Below, piece by piece: positions 1-11,880 of a DNA stretch of 64,000 nucleotides. Under the pieces are notes generated by a model. That model was given only the letters and a program-made list of their open reading frames with translations. It ran no database searches and was not told the DNA's origin. Where the stretch lies: positions 10,044,001-10,108,000 of the forward strand of contig JBHGNT010000006.1 of assembly GCA_043228905.1 (NCBI GenBank), in the 5' to 3' direction. Source of the DNA: Azolla caroliniana (taxonomy: Eukaryota > Plantae > Polypodiophyta). Position 1 is the stretch's first letter; every line of letters starts with the position of its first letter. The position numbers and the translations under genes are program-made.

Positions 1-1706
1 TAGTTTGTCAAAATGAAGATGTGTGTTGATAAATGTGCTTCTATCTTTCTCCACATCTCCCTCCAGGGACTAGTAAATGCCTCATGATTCACCTTCTCAA
101 GATTAGCTGGATGTGGATAAGACTCTCGATGCTTGTATGCCTCCCATCAACCACTACTTAAAGATTGATGTTGATGTCAACTGATTCCGACGTCATTGGG
201 TCACCGACTTCGTTGTACCTCCACAAAGCTTAAAATTTCATGCGCAAATACTCTTTTGAATAACGCATTGTTTCTCAAACAATCATCTTTGAGGTTGTCA
301 ATGTTTTTGTCAACTGAGGTGGGTAATGCACCAAGGCTAAACTGGTGGCTAACTCTTCCCCAGGAATCGATGGGGAGTCGTATGAAAATCAAATTCGTGT
401 ACGGTTCTACTTCAACGTGCCACTACATGATACAGAGATCTTAAATGGCACTTCAACTTCATTGTCACATTGCAACCTTGTCAAACCTCCAAAATGAATG
501 CATGATGGGTCTTTTTCTTCCTCCCATTTGTAGAATGCAACCCCATTCTTTTTTAGTCCATGTCAATATCCAAAAATATTGCAACAAGACATAAGAAAAA
601 TGGTCTTCTTCATTCTTTCCTCCAAATTACATATATGGGCTTCATCGGATATAATTGTAGCATAACCCTTAATCCCAAGCATAATCTTTCCTCAAAATCT
701 CTCATTAAATTGCTTTATACTACATGCTCCAATTTCTATCTAATCAGTAAAATTCACTACTTCAAATCCACAACATCTTATATGTCGCTTCAATATGAGA
801 AGGTAGATTTGTTCGTCCATACATCAAACACATCAATTGGAAAAGAGATCTAGTAATCCTTCTGGATAATTGAACAAGCCAAATTAGACTTGTGTCCAAT
901 TGGGTTGAGGTCCCAGAGGTTTATTGTATACTCTGAAGGAGGGCATTGTGAATGGAGGACGATCCGGAAACCTCAAAGAAGATTATTGCGAGAGATAATC
1001 GAACACAAAAATCAACTACTGTAGTGAGATTAGAAAAATGGAAAAGAATTAGAATCACCACTTGACAAACAAATCAAAGGTATCAAGGATCTACAATTGA
1101 GTTCGTCAAGCTGGAGAAAATTGGAAGCTTGAATCAACAAAACCTGAAGGAAGCCTGCAAAGTCTCTTGTGTGTGCGTGCGCGTGTTTCTCAACTTGGTT
1201 GCTTTTTTATTATTACAAAAAGCAGTCAAAGGGATGAAACACCCTAAAGTTATCTCCCGCCGCACCGTAGGGTTGAGTAGAACTCAACCCTCACCCTTCA
1301 TCCTTAACAAATTAGGCCACAACTACGCTTACGCGACGCGACCATTCCAAACTTATCTCTCAGAGTAGGATTATGCTCGTGACATGAAGCCGATCCTTCT
1401 CGAAGACCAGAATGCAAGAACGCAGGGAGCAGAAAAGAAAGAGAAGCAGAGAAAGCAAAACGCAAAAAGCAAAAATGAAAAAGCAAAAGAGTTTGAGAAG
1501 CTAGAATGATGAATCCTTAAGATATGTGTACTATGGAAGAAGCTTAGTCTCAAAGGAATTGGATCATTAAAAAATAAAAAGAGAGACCTCGTGTGTTTCC
1601 CTTCTCCCTTCTCTCTCACTCTCTGTTTTTGCTTTCAGTTATTTACACATATTCCTCTCCTCGCCTTCTCACAGAAAGACCAGTCTTTTTGCTCTTCTGG
1701 GTGGCT

Positions 1707-4700
1707 ATGGCTATGGCGGCCTCCTCCAGCTTCTCTGACATGGAGCTACTCATGGATCACAACATGACATTCCCTTCTTCTTCTTCCTTCCCTTCTCCTC
1801 ACTCGCCCAAGCGTAATGTGCAGGGAAGCGCACCTTCTTTCCCTCCACAGCAGACTGAGGAGGAGTTAGCAGGAGGAGACCAGCATCTTGATCCTTCCAT
1901 CGCTAATCTCCACCTTTCTTCCTCGCTAGCCTCCCTTTCTCTTTCTTTCTCCCCTGTTCTGGCCTTCTCTTCCCCTTCTGCCTCAAAGCTTCAGAGGGGC
2001 CCCATGCCACGTGTCACGCCGGCCATCCCCTCCGCCACGCACTGTGCCGCATCATCGAAAGGTAAGGGGAAATCTTCATCTTTTGTCTGCTTGTTTTTCA
2101 TGATGATATTCTCAGAAGATGAGCCTCTGACCAATGGAGTCCTGCCAGCACTTGTGCCGCCGGCCATCTCCTCTGCTGTGGGTACCACACCATCTATGCT
2201 CGCCAAAGGTAACAAACACATCATCCTCTTCTTTTTGCATTTTCTTTCCATTTTTTTTAAAAATTATTCTCACAAAACCCAAGTCTCTGGGAATTCCACC
2301 AATGATACCATGCCAGGTGTCGCTTCGGCCATCTCTGCAGCTGCCACTCCAGTGATCTCCCGCTCGAAAGGTAAGAGACCCTCCTCTTCTTTGTCTTCTT
2401 CAGCTTTTCCCGATTTCCTCCACCTCCCAGAGAAGTCGCGTGGCTTTGGCAATCCCAGCAATGGTGCAGCTTCCCGCCGAGCTTCGATTGTGTGGTTCAG
2501 AAATGATCTACGATGCCATGATAACGAATCCTTAACTACTGCCTCTCAAGAATCCCTCTCTATATTACCCGTTTACATCTTCGATCCGAGGCATTACGAG
2601 AAAAAATTCGATAAAACGATGGGGGGAGCGAATCGAGCTTCATTTCTTCTTCAATGTGTGTCAGATTTAAGAGAAAAGCTCAAAGAACTCGGCTCGGATC
2701 TCATTGTGAGAGTCGGGAAGACCGAAGAAGTGCTGGTTAACTTAGCTAAAGCTATTGGAGCTGATGGGCTCTATGCCCACCAAGAAGTTTCACGTAATGA
2801 TATTGAAGAGGAGAAGAAGGTAACTTGTGCTCTAGAGAATGAAGGAGTAGACGTGAAGTATTTCTGGGGCAATACTCTGTTCCATATGGATGATCTTCCG
2901 TTCAAGATCAAGGATATGCCAAGTACCTATACAGCTTTTCTTGAGAAAGTGGAAAAGTTGAACATTCGGAAATCAATTGATACTCCTGAGCAACTAAAGG
3001 GACTTCCTGTCAGAGGAAATATCGAACCTGGAGAAATGCCATCATTGGAAGAGCTTGGTGTGAAATCGTCCATGACGAACCAGAAGAAGGTACTGATGTA
3101 CTAATACTTGCAAATTCCAAGTTCAATTAGTCATGTTCATCCAGTTTTATGGATTATGAATAGTAGCTTAAATTAACATAATTGGTTATGAACATTTTAT
3201 GCACGTTTTTAAACGACTCTTAAGTTATTTCAATGGCAATACATATTTAAATGCCTACATCTTTCATAGCACGTAGGATGACACTTTTTGCTATCCAAAT
3301 TCTGGCGATGAGGTTGAATAAAGCAAATGCAGAAAATGGAAATAGCAGTTTTAGTCTTGTCATTGTAGTAACTCTTTGTGCAAAATTACAAATATTAGAC
3401 AAGATGGAAGCTTTTATCCTTCTCCCATCATGACGCATTCTGAGTCAGGAGATTAGAGTTTTGTGGTGGTAGGAGGTTGTATATTGGAGGAGTGCCTTGT
3501 GCCAGATGCCATGATTGCAGTGTCTAACACAAGGTCACAGATCAGCTCTCTGCATAAAGATATTTCTGTGATCCATTTGGAGGTGCATTTAAGAGGAGTT
3601 GAGATAGAACCAAGATTTTTGTGTCTGGAGCCTCAGAACTTTAACATCATGTTTGTTGTAGTGTATAAAAAGAAGGCATAACAGTTCCACCCAGCCAAAC
3701 AAAATCCATAGGGTGATATATCTTATCTATGCATTGCTGCATCACATATGAGCCAGCATCAAAGGATTTGACATTTTTGTCTTTTCAAAAGCTATCTATT
3801 CTTATAGAGGCCGGTGAACCTTAGTGAACTCATTATCAATAAGCAAATCTCTCTCCTTTACTGCACTCCCTCAAACATCCCAATATCAAGAAATTGTTGA
3901 TGGGAAGTTTTTGGTCTTTTGGAGAATACGTGGTGTAGTTTAGGACACCGGTGACCATTTGATTGCATCAATGTCAGCTTTGATGTCAAGGTCAAATCAT
4001 GGGAACTCCTGTATACTCTTCAAATGGTTGCCCATCCAACCAGCCATGGAAAAGTTTATTGTATTGTGTAGATGCACTCCAATAATAACTCAGGTTGACT
4101 TTTTAGAAGCCTGCTTATTTGACAGAAGCCCACATATGGGATATGATCACCATCCCATCAGACTTTCAGAGAATAGGTTTAGGCTCAATGTTGTTGTTTC
4201 TTTATAATGAATTAAGAGTGCTGCATAATTGGTAAGTGCCAATCTGGGTGTCTCAATACTCATGGTTTTCACCATCATCCCCTGTATTATACATTCGCTG
4301 ATGGCTTCTTGATAGTGAAGACAGCTGATCATGAGAAAAGAATGGAGTAAATCAGTGTGCTGTGATGTTTGTTCTTTTCTTTTTGAGCAATACCTTTGAT
4401 GGAGCTTTAGGACTGTGAATTCTTTCTTCAGAAGTGTTTGGTTGGCAGCATGCCTTTTTCATGATCTTCTTATGGATGGACAGTGGTGTGTGTGGCAGGT
4501 TTTGTATGTCTCCATAGTCCATAGCTGAGGATAAATGGGTGCACCTAGTATTGATCATGGATAGGCAGTGATGTCATTCACAAACACAGGATCAACATAG
4601 ATTTCATGAAATGACTTTGTAGGTGTTTAAATCCTAGCTAGTATGTTGTCTGCATCTCACATTGTCATCCTGACAGTATAATAGTTCTTTTGATTGAGAC

Positions 4701-5944
4701 CTCTCACATAGAATAGATATTCCTATGAATTGTTGTTTTGTGCCTACCCCTTGGAGTCAATAGTAATTGGTTCTCTCAAGTTGTCTCACAGGATCAACAT
4801 AGATTTCATGAAATGACTTTGTAGGTGTTTAAATCCTAGCTAGTATGTTGTCTGCATCTCACATTGTCATCCTGACAGTATAATAGTTCTTTTGATTGAG
4901 ACCTCTCACATAGAATAGATATTCCTATGAATTGTTGTTTTGTGCCTACCCCTTGGAGTCAATAGTAATTGGTTCTCTCAAGTTGTCTCATTAGGAAAGA
5001 TAAGTCTCCCTTATCCGTGTTGGCAGTGCACTTCTTGTTAAATTGAGATGATTATTAATGGACAAAGGCAATTGTGGGATTGTGTAGTTAATACTTCTTA
5101 ACAAGGGAACATGGCTAATGATGGTAAGCCAATTTTCTGATTCTAAATACTTGGTAACATATGTAGTAAGAAGAACTTCTCACCACATCTGATGTGGTCG
5201 GTAATTTTGTTTTTATAACTTGATAAAATATGTTTTGGATTTCTTTGTTAGGGAATGTCACATATTGTGACACCATTGGTTGGAGGGGAGAAGGAGGCTT
5301 TACGGAGACTATCAAAGCTTGCTACAGATCATGCAAGAGAATCAAGCAAGAAGTCTAACATAAGTTCTGCTAATAGCATTTATGGGTCAAACTTCTCATC
5401 TAAGATATCACCGTGGTTGGCTGTTGGATGCTTATCCCCACGACGCATGGTTGAGGAGTTAAAGGCTAAAACAAATAGGTATTTTGATTTGTTCTTTCTC
5501 CAGTATTTAGATTTTTATCTTTTATTATGATAGATTATTGATATCAGATGGTTACACTAATGTTTTATATGTTCATATACTTAATTGCTTGTGCATGAGA
5601 TATTAGTAACATGGAACTTGTCATGACGTTAAAAATAAAAAAAGTTTTTTTTACTTATTCTCCTATAATATAACACTTGATTTTTTTATTTAGCTTAGAG
5701 TCTGAATCTGTAAATGGACATGACGTGAATTGGTTAGTCTTTGAGCTTCAATGGCGTGATTTCTTCAGGTAGTTTTTCTCCTGCATTCTTATTATATTCC
5801 TTTGAAGTTTTCTAAAAAATCGTTGTATGAAGTGGAAGCTTCTTACTATAAAGTATCTATGGTCTCCTTAGGTTCATCATGAAGAAATATTCAACCAGTA
5901 AAGAGGATGGCTCAGAGGCATTGTCATCTGTTTCTGTCAGTTAA
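1707..5944 (+). CDS. PHR2: Photolyase/blue-light receptor 2 (PHR2-type cryptochrome/photolyase-family protein); exons 1707-3089, 5252-5478, 5694-5768, 5872-5944 (the first exon may contain three further short in-frame introns)
   Basis: The translation has RRASIVWFRNDLRCHDNE, VKYFWGNTLFHMDDLPF, GGEKEALRRL, YGSNFSSKISPWLAVGCLSPR and NWLVFELQWRDFFRFIMKKYS followed by an early stop (TAA 5942-5944). This is the truncated-FAD-domain layout of plant PHR2. GT-AG introns 3090-5251, 5479-5693 and 5769-5871 keep the frame. The start ATG (1707 or 1713) is inferred. Confidence 0.9.
4585..4990. repeat. Direct tandem duplication, 202-bp unit x2, inside the large PHR2 intron
   Basis: CACAGGATCAACATAGATTTCATG...AAGTTGTCTCA starts at 4585 and again at 4787; the copies look identical by eye. 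Confidence 0.9.
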
Positions 5945-7479
5945 GTTTACGGTTTTTTATTCTTTTTTTATGAAATAAAAAACCTGAATTCACTGATAAA
6001 CAAAAGTCTTGTAGAATGAATAAAACGATAGGCTAAATTTACACACTATTCTCAATGGAAGTTTTCACGGTTTGTTTACCCAACTGTCATCCATCTCTAG
6101 AAAACCCTACATACCAATAAAAGAAAATATGTTTATATACATACATATTAGTGAGTGTGGATTTTATGTGTGTATTTGGTTTGTTCCATTGTCTTGGACA
6201 CATTGCTTCATTTTCTGCTTTTCATGCAAAAGTGAAGAATGAAATATGAAATAAAATATTGGTGGGCGAATTCTTTAACCAAGATATATGCTTGTTTTTG
6301 GTAATAACTCAAAAAGTTTTTCCTGAAGGTTGCTGATTGCTTTCCAATGAATCTTGAGATTGTACAATTGTTTTAATGATCAATCTTTGATCACTTTTGA
6401 TTCTGTAGTAGCAATATAGCACTATACAAATGGATGGTATTATACAGAATAATACAACAATAAGATGCATTGCTTCATATTGTTATTATATGCTTGTGTC
6501 ATGATGACAATCATTGTATTACCTTTTTGAGGTTAGATTGGTGCGTATCTTTCTAGTCATGGATTTATTGTGATGTGGATAAACAAGGCAGGGAATAATA
6601 TAACATTAGTTTAGTTAAATAAAAATGGTGTAAGGTAATATTGATAACTATCATTATATGTAGAAATAAACTTAACTTGATGCTGTTGATTGTTATGAAT
6701 GATAGTAGATCAGAGTAATGAAATCTGTGCACATCTAATTGCCAGCATATTTTGAAGTATTTGTATATTTGAAAATATGTTAATGTCTTTAGCATTTCGA
6801 GCTTAGAAGACTCTTGCAAAAATGTTGCACTAAAACATAACGAAGTTGAATGATATACTAGGTAGATCAATGTACTATTCTAAACTTTGGTGTGATTTAT
6901 GGTATTCAATGTTATTTTACATTATCAGTTAATTTTGTTTTTTCATTGCCTAAATGTACATAAGAGGTTGGGGCAAGGTGATATATTTGAGGGTGCCCAC
7001 CTTTATAAGTGTAGACGGAGTGTGATGACTAAGACCATTCGCAACAAATGATGCTAATGTAAGACCAAATATGGAAGCTTGGACTAATTGCGTGCAGAAT
7101 TTAAAGATTTTGTTAAGAATAAGGTTACTCTTTAAGCTAACTAATGATGAGAAGCATTAATCTCATCTATTATTAAAAGGTTTGGTGGTGTAACGTTGTC
7201 AAAATTGTGAGTTGGATGAGAGAGACTATTAATCTTTCTCGAGTGCACCATTGGATAAGCTAATTCACTAGATGAACTCCAACTCTAAACTCATGTCTTT
7301 GCTTCAATTATTAAAATGGAGAAAATCAATACTTGTGTTATGCCCCTGATTAATCACTTAAATAAATCATGAAAATACATACCTCTATTGGCAACGTGTG
7401 GTTAAGCCTATTACACTTACAATGAGATTGGGCTTAAGCACTTAAGATTAAGACCTTAAGATTGCACTTCGTTCTTTGA

Positions 7480-8000
7480 GAGGGTCAAAGCTTAATGTAT
7501 TTGTAGGAAAGAAGAAAGGTTATTTTGGCAATCTTTGTTGTCTGATCTTTAGAGTTGGTAAATTGGGATTATGATGGGGAATTTTGATGCTAGTTCTAAT
7601 AATGATCAATATACTTCGGTCTGGTCTAGCATGGATACTCTTAATTTACATGCTCAAGAATTAGTTGTAGGTGTATATTTTCCACGAGGGATGTAAGGCA
7701 ATGGATTTGTGGCTTAGATCTTGGTTAGATTTCTCAATTTGCCCAATATACATCTACTTGGAGTAGGTAGGGTTCATGATTACAATTCTCTTCGAAAGGT
7801 TTTGGATATCTTTGTTGTTTTTGGTGTGGTAATGTCAGATAATTTTCACTTGTATTATAATTCTCCTTTCTATAACATCAATTTTCACATCCCATGGGCC
7901 ATACCTTTTCTAAGTAAGTGGATCTTGGTTGTCTAATGGGGATTGATGTGACTAATGGGAAACTTTTATATTAGATTTGTTCAAAGATTGAGGAAATGTT
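7480..8000 (+). pseudogene. Highly degenerate L1 LINE endonuclease (APE) remnant
   Basis: Interrupted reading RKEERLFWQSLLSDL...GIMMGNFD resembles the ERRxLWxxL...WxxxGDFN motif, with SD-type and RLD-like remnants downstream. Many stops; boundaries approximate. Confidence 0.4.
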
Positions 8001-9333
8001 TTATGAACCCTAAATGTGACATCTAGGCTAAATAGGCAGAAGTGATGTGTTACTAAGGTTGAGAGAGTGTATTTGTGGATTGCCGCATGTAAAGCTCTAA
8101 GCTCAAATGCTAATGCTTGCATGGCTTATTGGTTGTATAAAAAGGGGTCCCATCATAGTTGATTCTCAAGAAGATCAACCTAGGTCACTGAATATAGGCT
8201 TTTTGTTTTGTCCCCATAACTTGTTTCATCATAATTTCATTTTCATCTTCTAATACATCTGCTTTCATTTTTTGTGCAAGCAAGCACCACTATGTCAAAC
8301 TTTTGCCACGGAGCTATACCAAATAATGGAAGTCCGTCGGCAACTTCAACTAGAGAATAACATTCTCTAGAAGTCCTTGCACGAGTCCAAACATCAGCCA
8401 CTATGACATCTTCTAACCCCACCCCTACTAGCCTTGACAAATTCCATGGTAATTGGCCCCACCTACAAGGCTTTCTCCATTAGATCCAATTTGATGACAA
8501 AAGGCAACATGGTTATTGATTGTACACCGAAACTGAAAGATTCCCCTCACCACACTTTGAATTTTATATCTTATAGACCTCTCGCAGTTTATGCGGCCCA
8601 AAATACATGAAATTGTTGATTATTCAAAACACCATCCTAAATTCCAATGGAAGTGATCAAGGGTCTCTCTTGCTCATTTCTATTTGCAACCAAATCATAA
8701 TGAGTCTTGGTGAGGAAATTGCGGTCATAGATGATGCAAGGCATGTTTCAAATGGTGCGTGTGATTTGCACCATCTGATCATTATACAGAAAAAAGTGCT
8801 CGCCCAAAAACCACCCAGCTTGTACGAACCGATGTGGTGATGAGTTTAAGTAGATTTCACTCTAAATTTTTAGCATGCGTTGGGCCTTTATGCATCTCCA
8901 TGCTAACATCATGAGAAGTACACTCTTTGAGGCATCTTTTAATGATTCTATAGTACCCTTTATGTATCCTAATAAATCATTAACCATTAAGTCATACATA
9001 CCTTCATTGAACTCAAAATACCTTGGGGAACAAAACATGAAGGAATCCACACCATCCTTGGTCTCGACAACGTCGAACCCTTCGCCATCAATTGATTCAA
9101 TTGAAGTTCCGAAAATTGACAGAGTATCTTCCAATTTCTCCGAAATTTGACAGACTACCCAAATATAAATCGCAATTCGTCCACTGACCCACATGAATCA
9201 TCCATGATCGCAATTTCTAAATGAGAACAATACGTTAGTGAGAGCAATATGATAGATGTGGTGACTCAAATTCATGTGATGGAGGTGGTCATTTTCTTAT
9301 CATTGTACGTAGTTGGCCCAAAACGTAACTATC

Positions 9334-9525
9334 CCCAGGTTAGGTCCAGATATACATTACTTTCCCGGGCTAGGTGCAGACATACATTACTTTTCTGGGT
9401 TGGGGAAATCGGGTTATATGCAGACATACATTTCAATCTTGGGTTGGGGAAATGGTTACATTAAACTTGTCGGGAACTTGCCTCGGGTTAGGTGCAAACA
9501 TACATTTCTTTCCCAGGTTAGGCAC
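9334..9525. repeat. Degenerate ~30-bp direct-repeat cluster (CC(C/T)GGGTTAGGTGCAGACATACATT-like units)
   Basis: About five imperfect copies of GGGTTAGGTGCA(G/A)ACATACATT(A/T)CTTT are visible between 9334 and 9525. Confidence 0.6.
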
Positions 9526-9932
9526 TGAATGTTTACATCAAACTTGCCCCAAGTTATGTGCAATCTCTTGAAGTCCATATATATGACAATATACAATAGA
9601 TCATCTACATTTATCAACATCAATATTCACAACATGTTTTCGTGATCTTATACAATTACAAATTTGTATTGATAATGATTTACAAAATGAGTTGTTCATT
9701 AATTTTGCGAAATTGCTATCACAAGCGAATTGATTACAACTAGTGCAATCATATGTTGGAGCATTCACAATATGATAATGTGGGGCATTTACAAGCCCAA
9801 AATGGCAAAATAGTCGACTTTAAATATTTGAGAACTAGAATACATGAATTTACATGCCCAATATGGCGTTGACAAAAGATCCAATATTACAATACCCGAA
9901 GGCAAAAAATTCCAATGAAGTTATAGGTTGGG

Positions 9933-10541
9933 TGTTGAGAATTAGGTCCCTCCGAATGGGCCGAACCCCGTATCGAGGAGTTTGAGAAGTGTGAGCCGGA
10001 TTTGATGGTACTGATCCTAGAACCGGATGGATTTCAGATAAGTATTTGGAAAGGTCAAACATGTAAATATGTTTTGTGTCAAGCCTATTTAGGCCAGTTA
10101 TGTAAATTGCATGAATGTTGTCTAAGTATAAAGATTACTAGGGCAAATCGGTTGTTGTGTCGTCTTGTTCACCTTGTAGAGCGTGTGTGGGTTGTTTGTG
10201 CAAATGTGTACAACGCATGGGAGGTCGTTGCCTCTACAATAGAACAAACAAAATGAGAGAAAGAGAGTGAGTGAGGGATATCGAGAGGGTCTTTGTTGTA
10301 ACCACCTGCTGGCAAGAAGTACGAACTCAGGTTGGTGCTTGTGTGTGTTTGTCCTGTTGTATATTTCCTCTCATAGTGGATTGGTTTGGTACCTATGGAC
10401 ACCCATGGTTTTTACCCGGTTAGGGGTTTTCCACGATATATCTTGTGCACATTTATTTTCTGTTTCTCTCTATTTTGCTTGACATGTTTCCCTATTCCGC
10501 ATTTGAACTCGGTTGTGGCCGAGATCCCATTTTTCGTATCA
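9933..10541 (+). repeat. 5' LTR of Copia A
   Basis: TG...CA ends, homologous to 29600-30249, followed by the tRNA-iMet PBS. Confidence 0.93.
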
Positions 10542-10544
10542 ATC

Positions 10545-10555
10545 TGGTATCAGAG
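10545..10555 (+). promoter_or_regulatory. Primer-binding site (tRNA-iMet) of Copia A
   Basis: TGGTATCAGAG lies 3 nt after the LTR end. Confidence 0.9.
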
Positions 10556-11423
10556 TGTAGGCTTACAACCTTCAAACAAAGTTAGAAAATGGAAGACTCA
10601 TTTGGGGGTATGTTCAAGCTAACCGGCTCCAACTACTCGGTGTGGAATCGAAGATGAGAGACATGCTCGTGTGCAAGGATTTATGGCTACCAGTACAGTT
10701 CGGCAAAAGCAAGCTAGACAATATTGATGCATCGACTTGGGAAGTCATGCATCTGAAGGCAACGACATATGTAAGATGTTTCATTGACATGAGCTTGTAT
10801 AACAACTTTGGTGAAGAAACAGAAGGAGGTGCCCTTTGGAAGAAAATAGACGTAATGTTTGAGAACAAGAACGTTGTGAACAGAGTCTTAGTTTTCAGAA
10901 AAATCGTGAAACTCTGGTATCAAGATGGTAGCAGCATGGCGGACCATATTAATTCCTTCCAAGGACTAATGAATCAAAACACCTCTCTAGAAGTACCTCT
11001 CGCCGACAAGGTATTAGCATTGTTGTTGTTGGGATCCCTTCCGGATAGCTGAGAGACGCTCATTGTCACATTGGGCAACACCAGATCGGAAGGGAAGCAT
11101 CTATTCCTAGAGCAGGTGAAGTCGAGCTTATTGAATGAGGAAGCTCGTTGGAAGGACAAAGACTCCATTGCCGAACCGAAGGCCTTAGTCACGGAAAGTG
11201 ACACAAATCAAGGAAGAGGCCAGAATTGAAGTCCCTAGAATCGAGATAAGTTGGGGACGAGGTCAAAGTCAAGGGGAAGACCCACGTGCTTCTATTGTGG
11301 GAAGCCGGGGCACTTTCAAAAGAATTGCCAACACTTCCAAAAAGAGAAAGGGGGAGTCGACGGTGCCGACTCAAAGAAGAGTTTGGAGCAAAAAGGCACG
11401 TCGGTTGTCACAACTGTGAGGAG

Positions 11424-11528
11424 TGTTAAGAATTAGGTAAGTAATTAAGCAAGGATTAATTAGTACCTAATTATGTGATTAGTTGATAAGTGGAAGATTA
11501 TGTGATATGTGTGTGTATGTGTGTGAGA

Positions 11529-11562
<34 letters not shown>

Positions 11563-11880
11563 CACTTATGAACAACACAAGATGGGGCATGAGTAAGTAT
11601 ATTAAATTAGCATTATCATCATCAAATACAAAAATACCATCAATGAGGTATATATAGATCTCATGTGCAAGGGTGCACATGTGTGAGGAGAATATAAGTA
11701 CAACTGTGTAAGTCCTATATTAAATGACCTTGGGACTGGAGGATCTAGAATATCCTACTTAAGTACAAGGTCCTATTTAAGTCGTTATAGTCAACACTTC
11801 TAACTAGATTCTATCTAGGTAACTACGAAGTTACATGGTTGACTAACTAACTAAACTAAGTTGAGCTTGATCTCTCAACA
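11424..11880 (-). repeat. 3' LTR of Copia B (457 bp)
   Basis: Near-identical to 14946-15608 apart from the microsatellite. Confidence 0.93.

Noticed and set aside
1-1130. Short ORFs and a possible decayed retroelement at the window start
   Set aside because: No motif I can recognise with confidence; left unannotated.
1593-1706. N-terminal part of the 503-aa ORF call
   Set aside because: It starts at a non-ATG codon in a CT-rich 5' UTR-like stretch; the first ATG is at 1707. The ORF's last codons (3090-3104) are intron.
3250-4560. Short ORFs in the large PHR2 intron as extra exons or a nested gene
   Set aside because: PHR2 exons join in frame without them and no recognisable domain is present; probably a decayed TE.
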